64,000 nt of DNA, taken from the IMG/VR virus record IMGVR_UViG_3300021180_000005, positions 39,650-103,649 of that record; one strand, given 5' to 3'. Source of the stretch: a virus. Made by a program: the position numbers and the translations under genes. The notes under the pieces were generated by a model. It ran no database searches. It had not been told where the DNA came from and saw only the letters and a program-made list of their open reading frames with translations. Numbering within the stretch: the first letter of the stretch is position 1; every line of letters begins with the position of its first letter. This document shows positions 30,372 through 38,654 of the stretch, one piece after another.

Positions 30372-30967
30372 TTTGCCTCCGCTGGTTCGTTGTCTTCACA
30401 GCAGGCGTTATCTTCTACTGAGTGACCTTTTAATGCGCACCAGCGTGTACGTCCTTCGCTGTCTGGTTTGGGCATTTGATTTTGTCCGTATTCACACCTA
30501 ACACACCCAAAACCTTTAGGGTTTTCTGTAGAACCAAATCCTATGCGCTTATCATCCATTCTGCCTTTTGGGCAGTATCTAGCTTCTGGGTCTCCAGCGT
30601 TTCTAATTTCCCAATATCCACAGCTTTCAGCAGTAGGATTTTCCAGAGGTTTAATACGTATGAGACACTCTGATTTTCCAACAAACTTATTACACGCTGA
30701 ACTAGAGCCATCTTTGCACCCGCCACAAAGGTACGCACCTTTTGGATCATACGTATTAGGTAGTCCACATTTAGAGTCCGCATACGACGCCAAACGCACA
30801 CTATCAAGGCGTCTTTTAGCCCATTCTACTTCATCTTTTGCTGTGAAGTTTTCTCTAGGTACAACAAACAACCCGTCTTTAACAGGCCCATATAAAATAG
30901 GTCTAAGGTTGTCATCTTTAGAGTTATTGTTTTCTTCTTTTTTATTACTACCTAATCCCAGAGGCAT
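30368..30967 (-). CDS. Cys-rich hypothetical protein (MPLGLGSNKK...)
   Basis: SD GGAGG; many Cys (CGGC, CxxW, CVRC, CC). Confidence 0.65.
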   Translation of the reverse strand: MPLGLGSNKKEENNNSKDDNLRPILYGPVKDGLFVVPRENFTAKDEVEWAKRRLDSVRLASYADSKCGLPNTYDPKGAYLCGGCKDGSSSACNKFVGKSECLIRIKPLENPTAESCGYWEIRNAGDPEARYCPKGRMDDKRIGFGSTENPKGFGCVRCEYGQNQMPKPDSEGRTRWCALKGHSVEDNACCEDNEPAEAK

Positions 30968-31124
30968 TTTTCTTCCTCCCAAATCCCGGAGCCTTCTTAC
31001 GCTCAGGGAGTCCCTTAGGAGAGCCTGTTGCACCAATCCACTCCTTGACTCCCGAATTCCCTAGCTTCTCTTTAGCGTCATCTGTGTGCAACCATCTGAA
31101 TTGTGCCTTAGATTCTGCTGGCAT
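30948..31124 (-). CDS. Small phage protein (MPAESKAQFRW...LPERKK, 58 aa)
   Basis: Read manually; SD AGGAG. Confidence 0.6.
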   Translation of the reverse strand: MPAESKAQFRWLHTDDAKEKLGNSGVKEWIGATGSPKGLPERKKAPGFGRKKNASGIR

Positions 31125-31127
31125 ATC

Positions 31128-31637
31128 TTACTCCTGAGCGTAGATATCAGGGGCCATGAATCCATCTTCCTCTGAAGATGCTCCCTGTTGTGCCTTTCCC
31201 TTATGGAACGGACTATCCTTCTCTTCGTTACCTTCTTTGCCTGCAGGAGGTACTGCAGATAATTCTCGCGCCTCGTCGTGTGCTTTGTGTGCATGCTCAT
31301 GGACATTTGTATGAACATGGCCATCTGCATGGTGACTTTGAACGGTGTGACGCCCTGAGGCTTCATCGTGGTGGATTACTACTTTATGTGCTTTTCCGTG
31401 TTCTTTAACAGCAGGGTGTTCTTCCCCGCCATGCATTTCATCATGCATCTCAGATTCTTTATCTTCAAAATTCTTGTCCATACCTTCGCGCTCACCAGCT
31501 TCAAACTCTGGTGTTTCCTTAGCTTCATGCTCAGGCGATTCGCTATGCATACCATCTTCGGTATGTGCTTCGTCGTACTTGCGACCTGCGAAGATTGATC
31601 CAAACTTCTTCCCCGGTGTCCGCTTAGATTCGTACAT
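31128..31637 (-). CDS. His/Glu-rich putative metal-binding protein
   Basis: HHDEASGRHTVQSHHADGHVHTNVHEHAHKAH; SD GAGGAG. Confidence 0.7.
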   Translation of the reverse strand: MYESKRTPGKKFGSIFAGRKYDEAHTEDGMHSESPEHEAKETPEFEAGEREGMDKNFEDKESEMHDEMHGGEEHPAVKEHGKAHKVVIHHDEASGRHTVQSHHADGHVHTNVHEHAHKAHDEARELSAVPPAGKEGNEEKDSPFHKGKAQQGASSEEDGFMAPDIYAQE

Positions 31638-31665
31638 TTTTAATCTCCTCTTCGGCCATGCCGAG

Positions 31666-31863
31666 TTACTTCAAAAGTTCATTGATCTTTTTCGTTAAGT
31701 CTTCTTTGGTGTTACATACGTACTTGTCAGGCTCAACCCAAGGAGACGGAATCCATCCTTTTTTCTGACTAAGTGTTTTCTTTGGCTCATAACAAGCCTC
31801 AATTTCGTACCCGTTTTTAGCTACACAAATTGACAAACGGGTTAATTTACCTTTATCTGCCAT
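31666..31863 (-). CDS. Hypothetical protein (MADKGK...)
   Basis: SD GAGG; ORF fills intergenic gap. Confidence 0.55.
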   Translation of the reverse strand: MADKGKLTRLSICVAKNGYEIEACYEPKKTLSQKKGWIPSPWVEPDKYVCNTKEDLTKKINELLK

Positions 31864-31864
31864 G

Positions 31865-32569
31865 TTAACTCGCCTCTGGATTATTATTTCTATCGTCTTT
31901 TGATCTCTGTCCCTTAATTGTTTTTGCTGTCCATTTTCCTTCACTGTCTGGTTGCATTGCAAATAAACCGGATTCGTCAATGTCTAGGGCATCTCTATCA
32001 CCTGTACATAATTCACTTATGCGGCGGCATGCTGAGCCAGACAGTACCATAATAAACGGTCCATCCTTCTTTGATTTATTTTGCAGGCCTTCGACAAAAG
32101 GATCAAGCCTGCTAGTAAATTCATCGTAGGACTCTCCATCCGGCGCTTCCTTGGAAGGGTTTTCAAGTAGCTCTTTTACAAACTTCTTGTTTGGCTTCTT
32201 CCGGTCGCCTGCCATGCTTCCAAGGTTCCATGTCTTCATCTTATCCGTTACTTCAATTTTAGGATCAGAAGTAATACCAGACTTAAGTATCTCAGCTGTT
32301 TCTTTTGTTCTCTTCAGGGAAGAAGTATATATACACGTGAAGGGAATACCTTTTAGGTAGTCTGCCAGTACCACTACGATGTTCTTTCTACCTTCGTCAT
32401 CCAGAGGCAAATCCAACCATCCATCGCTGCGATGAAGGTCGTCCAATGCAGTTTGTCCATGTCTAATACAGTATATACGTTGTTTATCCTTTGTTTTTTC
32501 TGCATCGTATCTACGTTGCGCAAATACATTTGGAAATTTCTTATCAGGATTAATCTCTGATTTAAACAT
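31865..32569 (-). CDS. Histidine phosphatase (phosphoglycerate mutase-like) with N-terminal extension
   Basis: YCIRHGQT, IYTSSLKRTKETA, PDGESYDEF. Confidence 0.85.
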   Translation of the reverse strand: MFKSEINPDKKFPNVFAQRRYDAEKTKDKQRIYCIRHGQTALDDLHRSDGWLDLPLDDEGRKNIVVVLADYLKGIPFTCIYTSSLKRTKETAEILKSGITSDPKIEVTDKMKTWNLGSMAGDRKKPNKKFVKELLENPSKEAPDGESYDEFTSRLDPFVEGLQNKSKKDGPFIMVLSGSACRRISELCTGDRDALDIDESGLFAMQPDSEGKWTAKTIKGQRSKDDRNNNPEAS

Positions 32570-32578
32570 AGACCTCCT

Positions 32579-32953
32579 TTAACTCTTGGAGGCCACTGCG
32601 GCTTCCTCTGCTAATTCTTTTTCTATTTGTAAATCATGTGCTTCAACTTCCGCTTGCCAACTTGTTTTGACAGGTGGGGAAGTAAACGATGCGAAACTGG
32701 GCTTCTCTGCGCGTTTACGTGTAGGGTCAATACCTACCCTTGCGTTGATGTTTAATTCGTACATTGAGATTTTAGTTTGGAGAAATGATTTTTCGCTTCT
32801 TAGCTCTGCTATAGTTTGGTCTTTGTCTTGTCGTAGTGCTTGGTTTTCCATTTGCAGTCTAAAAATCTCCGCTTGCATTATCTCTGCTAGACGTGAACCA
32901 AACAGTTTTCTGAGCGCTTCCCTAAACGCCTGCGCTGCATTCACAATGCTCAT
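32579..32953 (-). CDS. Coiled-coil hypothetical protein
   Basis: ATGA overlap with terL stop. Confidence 0.6.
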   Translation of the reverse strand: MSIVNAAQAFREALRKLFGSRLAEIMQAEIFRLQMENQALRQDKDQTIAELRSEKSFLQTKISMYELNINARVGIDPTRKRAEKPSFASFTSPPVKTSWQAEVEAHDLQIEKELAEEAAVASKS

Positions 32954-34626
32954 GCTGAGTCCTTCCCCATCCACACTGGCTGGTCCTGCGGCTTAAATGA
33001 TAAGGTTTTGTTTGCTGCCTCTGCATCTAGTTTCATTTTTAAGAAATGCGCCGCAAGGGGATCATTCTTCTTTAATGCAGCTATTCTCTCTGCCTCTGCT
33101 TGCGCTTCTGGTTTTTTCTTTGCGGCTAAATGACCATACAGACCATAACGCAGAGCATCATAGCAGTCGTCCCCTTTTGCGTCTACTTTTAGAACATCGT
33201 CTAAATTGTCTGGGTCACGCATTAAGGTTGGAATAGCAAGTATAATTTCTTTACAGGTATCTAAGAAAACCAGCTCACCCTTTTTTAGCATATTGTACAT
33301 CAAGGATGCAGAACCAATACGGTCCCTAGTGGCAGGTGTCACAGAAGGCAAACCTACTACTCGTAATGCACGTGAGTACTCATCTGCTGGTGATCTAGCT
33401 TCCATCTGTCTAGCAAATTTTTCATGAGAAAAATATATGGCTTTAAGTTTGAAAGTTTGTCCATTTGGGAGCTTACATTTAGCTTGAAGGATAGACACTA
33501 GCTGATCCATGGTCTTACCTCCAGTTACAACTATTTCTCCAAAGCAAACTGTTTTAAGTTTATAATCTTCTCCTACCGAGTTCTTAACCATCGCTTTTGT
33601 AAATAAATATAAAGCATTTGCATGCTGTACTCCCCAGTCATGTCCTGCCCATACTGGTTGATAGTCTTGCCAAATTATAGCTTCTGGGTCTTCTCTTAGA
33701 TTTATAACGTGATAGTATGAATCAAACACGTCAAAATATTGCCCCTCTACTGTTCCATCTAAGCCGAGAAGCATTTTATCTCGCTTCGCCTTAGGCATAG
33801 ACATGAGTCTGGAAATAATTCCGGGATCACGTTTTAGCAGTTCAGTGTTATCCATCACTGTAGAACGTTGACAGGCGTACTTACTTGGGTCGTAAATGCA
33901 CCGCCATTCTCCGCCTTCGGTTACCCACCATGTGCCATTGGTTTCATCCTTGCGTGCATCCTCAGGCTTATCCCATGGCTCTTTTTCTACAAAAAGTTTT
34001 CTATAGTATTCATAGTGAGGCCCAAGTGGATTGCTACATCCAATAATTACTGGAACCGGAAGATTACCCGCCTCATCGCGTTGGCAACCGGGATTAATTA
34101 TGTTTCTAGAATACAACATTAACCACGCATCTGCTGAGAACTGTCCACACTCATCTACTAAAATTCCACAATATGCTTGTCCTAGATATTGAGCAATATC
34201 TTTTTCTCTTAAGTTGTTGCAATGCCCAAATATAATTTTGGAACCATTTTTAAAAGTAGCTACGTGCTTTGTTTGGTCGTAATCGTATAGTTCTTTTGGT
34301 ACGAAAGTACGAAAGTCGCTAATGGCCCCTGCCTCTAGTTCCTTAAAGGTTCTGCGAAGGACAAGAACATTACACCCCGAAAATTGTAAACAATAATGCA
34401 TGGTTAAATAAAGTAACCAACCTGAGGTTTTACCGCTACGAATGCCGCCAACACTTAAGACTTGCTGTGCCACAGGCTGGACATAAACTTTACCGTTCCT
34501 CATTACATTTCTAAGCAGCTCCGTCTGTTTCGGTTGAAATCTGAATATCTTCTCGAAGTTAAGAGTACCGTCAGCGTTGATATACGCAGGACGTTCTCCT
34601 CCCTCGATTATTTTTTTTCTAGGCAT
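32950..34626 (-). CDS. terL: Terminase large subunit
   Basis: Walker A GGIRSGKT, Walker B GILVDE, coupling CSNP, nuclease GHDWG and DDCYDALRYG; start reassigned to ATG 34626. Confidence 0.93.
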   Translation of the reverse strand: MPRKKIIEGGERPAYINADGTLNFEKIFRFQPKQTELLRNVMRNGKVYVQPVAQQVLSVGGIRSGKTSGWLLYLTMHYCLQFSGCNVLVLRRTFKELEAGAISDFRTFVPKELYDYDQTKHVATFKNGSKIIFGHCNNLREKDIAQYLGQAYCGILVDECGQFSADAWLMLYSRNIINPGCQRDEAGNLPVPVIIGCSNPLGPHYEYYRKLFVEKEPWDKPEDARKDETNGTWWVTEGGEWRCIYDPSKYACQRSTVMDNTELLKRDPGIISRLMSMPKAKRDKMLLGLDGTVEGQYFDVFDSYYHVINLREDPEAIIWQDYQPVWAGHDWGVQHANALYLFTKAMVKNSVGEDYKLKTVCFGEIVVTGGKTMDQLVSILQAKCKLPNGQTFKLKAIYFSHEKFARQMEARSPADEYSRALRVVGLPSVTPATRDRIGSASLMYNMLKKGELVFLDTCKEIILAIPTLMRDPDNLDDVLKVDAKGDDCYDALRYGLYGHLAAKKKPEAQAEAERIAALKKNDPLAAHFLKMKLDAEAANKTLSFKPQDQPVWMGKDSA

Positions 34627-35083
34627 CTGAGTGCTTTCTACATAAGTCTGTTCGGAAAGCTGCGCTACAGGTAGTACCACAAAACTTTTTCTTTTTTGTC
34701 TGTGCAGTAATTGGTGCACCACATTCCCAACAGCTTATTGTCCATGGTTTTCTTAACAAAGGTCGCCCAGTTCTCCCAATTCCACGTGGAGCATGGTGAA
34801 CTCTATGCTCCCTAACAGGAAGCAGCTCATAGTTACTTCCGTCAATTGGGTTATTAAGTGGATTTTCATCTTTATGATGCACTTCAAACCCTTCATCAAT
34901 GCTACCGTTTTTGCTTTCATAAATAGCAACATGAAGGTACGTTTTAATTCCCTGTCTCCAACCTTTGTAATAAACTCTATCAGACCTTCGTGCGGATTCT
35001 GGGTATCTGTAATAAATAACATCTTCGAACACCACAGTTTGTGAAACAGCAGGCGTACGGTCTTTTCTAAATCCTTTTGGCAT
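34619..35083 (-). CDS. HNH homing endonuclease between terS and terL
   Basis: YLHVAIY...VHHKDENPLNN...NYELL..EHRVHH; C-terminal CxxC..CxxxC. Confidence 0.85.
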   Translation of the reverse strand: MPKGFRKDRTPAVSQTVVFEDVIYYRYPESARRSDRVYYKGWRQGIKTYLHVAIYESKNGSIDEGFEVHHKDENPLNNPIDGSNYELLPVREHRVHHAPRGIGRTGRPLLRKPWTISCWECGAPITAQTKKKKFCGTTCSAAFRTDLCRKHSDA

Positions 35084-35089
35084 TGCTTT

Positions 35090-35168
35090 ACTCCTCCATT
35101 AAAGGTCGAGGAGAGCGGTGTTAATGGCACCGCCCTCTACTCTGCTCCAAGCTGATCAAGGCTTGGGA
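35090..35168 (-). promoter_or_regulatory. Kissing-loop SD-sequestering RNA element, copy 4 (overlaps terS stop)
   Basis: Stem GAGGGCGGUG/CACCGCUCUC (G-U only on the minus strand), loop CCAUUAA pairs with UUAAUGG. Confidence 0.8.
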
Positions 35169-35668
35169 TTTGTATGTACATCCAAAACTTCTGCAAAGCT
35201 AGGCTTAAGAAGTTCCTTAGGTTTTTCCTCTATAATTTCTGGGTGCATCAACTGTGGAGCTTGTATAACTACTACTTTCACTGCTTGATGTGTGAGCTTG
35301 TCCAACTCTTGCTCTGATGGGTCTTCCTTTCCTAGGCCTCTACGCATAAGTATCTCGTACGCCTTAGCCGCAGCCATCATGGCTTTGGGATCAGAGTCGG
35401 GATTCTGCGCTATACGCAGCATGTTCAAAGTAGCTACATCGCATTCGGATAATCCTTCTTTACCTTTTTCTTTACTGGGTGAGTAAAGAATTTTCCTTAT
35501 GCGTCTCGTAAATTCAATTGTTGGTATTAGTGGTTTAGGTTTCTTAACAAAATGTCCTTTATCACTACGCAACATTTCTCGAACGCCACCTTCTTTTGTT
35601 TTTACTACAACTAAAGAAGTACCTTCAGGCAACTCCTGAGATATTGGTTTTGGTTCTGAATTAGACAT
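35156..35668 (-). CDS. Putative terminase small subunit
   Basis: Upstream of terL; KGHFVK N-terminal motif, helical core with AAAKAYEIL.RGLGK. Confidence 0.6.
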   Translation of the reverse strand: MSNSEPKPISQELPEGTSLVVVKTKEGGVREMLRSDKGHFVKKPKPLIPTIEFTRRIRKILYSPSKEKGKEGLSECDVATLNMLRIAQNPDSDPKAMMAAAKAYEILMRRGLGKEDPSEQELDKLTHQAVKVVVIQAPQLMHPEIIEEKPKELLKPSFAEVLDVHTNPKP

Positions 35669-36077
35669 TTGCTCCCCATTTCCTAAGATAGCTTAAAGCT
35701 AGATGCATGAACTCTGTGTTCTCTATAGAACCGAGCATCGTATTGCACCTATTGTGTAATAAACCTCTAGGTGTTGGAGGATCATTATGCTTATGGTCGG
35801 CACAAGGTGTCTCATTTTCTTCAAAAGGCTGTTTACAAAGATCACAACAATTATTCTGTATAGACTTTGCTTCTTCTATTGAGTCCGGTGTCCATCCTAT
35901 TTTATTCAGTGCTGATTTTCTAGAGCTTTTTATATGGCTGTTTCTAAATTCTACATCATTTTCATATCTATCTTTATATCGCTTTTTCTCAGTTAGTTTC
36001 AAACACTTAATGCAGGCCTTATTCTTATCTATGTTTCCCGTTGTTCTTTCGTGACCACGTTTACAATGTGTTTTCAT
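35661..36077 (-). CDS. Endonuclease VII-like homing endonuclease
   Basis: KTHCKRGH, QNNCCDLC, ADHKH..PRGLLHNRCN. Confidence 0.85.
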   Translation of the reverse strand: MKTHCKRGHERTTGNIDKNKACIKCLKLTEKKRYKDRYENDVEFRNSHIKSSRKSALNKIGWTPDSIEEAKSIQNNCCDLCKQPFEENETPCADHKHNDPPTPRGLLHNRCNTMLGSIENTEFMHLALSYLRKWGANV

Positions 36078-36079
36078 TT

Positions 36080-36152
36080 TACCTCCAATAAAGGTTGAAC
36101 CTAGAGTGTATTGGGCACTCTAGGCTCTGCGTTGGGTAATTAGTCCAACGAT
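36080..36152 (-). promoter_or_regulatory. Kissing-loop SD-sequestering RNA element, copy 5
   Basis: Stem CCUAGAGUG/CACUCUAGG, loop CCAAUA pairs with UAUUGG in the ACCU/AGGU hairpin. Confidence 0.8.
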
Positions 36153-36155
36153 TAT

Positions 36156-36485
36156 TTACAGCTTCTTAAACTGTGATAATGCAGCGTCAAAAATGTAAGA
36201 AGTTTTTTCTAGAGCATACTTCTTGAATAAACCTTCTATATAATCTGTATACTGTTTTGATTTTGTCTCAGTGATTTTACTTAGGCGTTGAATCTCTAGC
36301 TGGGCCTTTAGATATTCTAATTCTGCCTCTCGCAAAAAGAGCTTTTCTTCCGCCGTGATGTTTACCAGAGCAGCCTTAACAGCTTCCTCGGCTTTAACAA
36401 CTTCACCTTCGATTTTTTCAACTACAGACTTTGCTTCTGTCTCAACTGTTTTAACTACGTTTTCAACTGCTGTTTCTACGCTCAT
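36156..36485 (-). CDS. Coiled-coil hypothetical protein
   Basis: SD AGGAG + ATG 36485. Confidence 0.6.
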   Translation of the reverse strand: MSVETAVENVVKTVETEAKSVVEKIEGEVVKAEEAVKAALVNITAEEKLFLREAELEYLKAQLEIQRLSKITETKSKQYTDYIEGLFKKYALEKTSYIFDAALSQFKKL

Positions 36486-36511
36486 ATCTGAGTTCTCCTG
36501 AGTTTTATTTA

Positions 36512-36847
36512 TTACCAAACATCAACGAACGCTCCTGCATTTGCTAGGCGTTTCATTTCTTCCTGAAAAACTTCCCCATGATCTGCTCTGGGTTTTGATA
36601 CATGTACCATTTCATGCAACAGGTCGGCAACTACATAACGCATAGATTTTACCTTGGTTCTCTGAATCAAAACAACCGGAGGTTTATCTGCATAAAAATA
36701 TGTAGATGCGCAGTTGCTTTTTTCTGGACTCTTGCTCTTGCCTATTCTACGCACGAAAAATAATTTGGTACCAACAGGCAGTTCGTTGCTAAAGTACTTC
36801 TCGTTATAAATATTATATAAACCTTTTAAATAAGACGAAGCACGCAT
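36512..36847 (-). CDS. SprT-like zinc metallopeptidase domain protein
   Basis: YNEKYF..ELP, LLHEMVH, HGEVFQEEMKRL. Confidence 0.75.
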   Translation of the reverse strand: MRASSYLKGLYNIYNEKYFSNELPVGTKLFFVRRIGKSKSPEKSNCASTYFYADKPPVVLIQRTKVKSMRYVVADLLHEMVHVSKPRADHGEVFQEEMKRLANAGAFVDVW

Positions 36848-36934
36848 ATTTACTACTCCTATGCTCACCGCGTTCGCTTTCGAGCAATATGGAGCGAGGC
36901 ATAATGCTACGCGGCCTCTGCGCATATAAACGAC

Positions 36935-36962
36935 AAAACCTCACCCGGATTAAAGGTGAGGT
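36935..36962 (-). terminator. Intrinsic terminator
   Basis: ACCUCACC-loop-GGUGAGGU followed by UUUG on the minus strand. Confidence 0.6.
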
Positions 36963-36964
36963 CT

Positions 36965-37281
36965 ATTTATTTCTTAAAATGTCCCGCTGTCAGCGTCAAA
37001 TGACGGCTTACAAACTTTAGGGAGCGGGTTATTCCCTTACGTATCCAGTTGGCCGTAGCGGGATACTTGCGCCTTTGTCCGCTGGTACTTGGCAAGCCAT
37101 CCACGGACGAGCAGAAGAAGGGATGATCACTCCCAAAACATCTGCAATGCCCACGTTCCGCCACGCCTTGCGTGAATCGTGTGGGACTTTCGACAGAGGA
37201 CTGCCGTCCTTCATTGTCGAATCTTTACAAATTGTTGTGCGATTTTTGTAAGTGTCGCCCTTAAACGCCAAGCGCTCCACG
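36965..37281 (-). ncRNA. Candidate structured ncRNA (~320 nt)
   Basis: Consecutive hairpins, no credible ORF, ends at terminator. Confidence 0.5.
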
Positions 37282-37479
37282 TTAATAAATTCTATACCCG
37301 TTTTTCTTAGCCTGTTCTAATTCTACTACACATTCATCTCTGACTTCTGCGGAAATATGTTGTGTAGTTGCGAATTCTATTAAATCAGACATTCTTTGAT
37401 CGAACTTCTCAAGACTGCTCTCATTTACCGCTTTCAACAAGAAAAGCGGTTCGTCATCTTGTGGAATATCGTTACTCAT
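37282..37479 (-). CDS. Hypothetical protein
   Basis: ORF in late-operon orientation. Confidence 0.45.
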   Translation of the reverse strand: MSNDIPQDDEPLFLLKAVNESSLEKFDQRMSDLIEFATTQHISAEVRDECVVELEQAKKNGYRIY

Positions 37480-37975
37480 GTTGGGCACTTTCTTGCTGAG
37501 CCAACTTTTCATTTGTTAACGCAAAATCTTTGTAGTATTTTAAAGCTGCAATGTCGTATGCAGTAACAGCTAATTCCTGAGTATCAAAATACCCTAAATG
37601 TACTTCTTTATTATTTATATGTATGCGCGATCTCCACTTTTCATGAGACTTACTCCACGATACACCTTTATACTTTTGTTTAGCTTTTCTGTTGTAAGAA
37701 TTCTGCTGTCCTGTAGCCGAACGCAAATTGTGGCGCTGACAATTAAGACCATTCCTGTCTTCATGGTCTACTTCGGGTTTTTGCCCACCGGGAAGTCATA
37801 AAATAAAACGATGTAAAGATTGAACTCCTTGTTTTCCTCCTACTCTTGGAGTACTACGCTGAGCATACACAGTGTTCTTCCTTACAGAAGCAAACCATCT
37901 ATACTGTACCGCACGTTCAAAATCTTCGTCATCGACTAAAGCTACATAACCTTGTGTTAATTCAATTGTTTTCAT
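37472..37975 (-). pseudogene. HNH-AP2 endonuclease with one in-frame TGA (37798-37796)
   Basis: MKTIELTQGYVALVDDED...LHRFIL*LPGGQKPEVDHEDRNGLNCQRHNLRSAT...YKGVSW...HLGYF..AYD: two track ORFs in the same frame. Confidence 0.85.
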
Positions 37976-37979
37976 ACTA

Positions 37980-38040
37980 ACCTCCACGAAAGGTTGAGGG
38001 CGGTATTCGTGGTACCGCCCTCAGTGTTGCATCTCAACTA
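37980..38040 (-). promoter_or_regulatory. Kissing-loop SD-sequestering RNA element, copy 6
   Basis: 11-bp stem, loop CCACGAA pairs with UUCGUGG in the AACCU/AGGUU hairpin. Confidence 0.8.
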
Positions 38041-38299
38041 TGAGTCTTACGACTTTTGATTTGCTGCTCACTGTCTATTGTGCAAACTTTTCACTGCTCA
38101 GGTGGTGTGCCTGATTGTCCTCCAACAAAGGAGGGATGTCATAAAGTCTGGGTGAGACGAGGCGGCAGTTTCGCCGCCTGCTGTACAGCTACGCCTCAGT
38201 CTCTTAGCGCCGGGGCTACAACTCCCAAAGGAGAATAAAGGAGGAACCCCGGCGTTTGCTATCTTCGGCGTTGCGCCGTATGTTGCGGTAAAGAGTTCG

Positions 38300-38650
38300 T
38301 TATTTATATTTCAATATGTAAGCAGCTGCTTGCAGCAGCATTTGGGGACTATCTTGAAATAGTCCAAGTCCTCTATTGCAATTGGAACACAAAATTCCTC
38401 TTGGCTTAGGAGGTTCAGTGTGCTCGTGATCGGCGCACGTTTTATTACTGTCTAAACCCTTGTTGTTGTGCAAAGGTTTTTCACAGATGGCACATACGCC
38501 TTTTTGCTCATTGAACTTTTCGTTGAATTTATCTCCACTCCAACCTTTTGCTTTCAATCTTCTCTCGCGCTCATCTACAGCACAGTGCTTGCGCAGTTGA
38601 TGGTTGTGTGGGTCTTGTTTGCCCAGTTTGGGCCAACCTACTTCTTTCAT
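38300..38650 (-). CDS. Endonuclease VII-like homing endonuclease
   Basis: QKGVCAIC, ADHEH..PRGILCSNCNRGLGLFQD. Confidence 0.88.
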   Translation of the reverse strand: MKEVGWPKLGKQDPHNHQLRKHCAVDERERRLKAKGWSGDKFNEKFNEQKGVCAICEKPLHNNKGLDSNKTCADHEHTEPPKPRGILCSNCNRGLGLFQDSPQMLLQAAAYILKYK

Positions 38651-38654
38651 CTTG

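Noticed and set aside
34753-35130. Alternative-frame 125 aa ORF overlapping the HNH gene
   Set aside because: No motif or SD; the HNH frame has SD, motifs and the upstream element.
6794-36503. ACTCAG motif as GANTC methylation sites
   Set aside because: Several copies (AACTCAG, CACTCAG, ACCCAG) lack GANTC, and the motif is strand-oriented with the mRNA.
37170-37200. RNase P RNA (GAAAGUCC word in the 37 kb ncRNA candidate)
   Set aside because: Lacks the full GAGGAAAGUCC context and the 3' conserved region needed to form P4.
37796-37798. Genome-wide UGA reassignment
   Set aside because: Many genes end in TGA with ATGA/GTGA overlaps (for example 6095, 6784, 10395, 41823), and no suppressor tRNA was seen.
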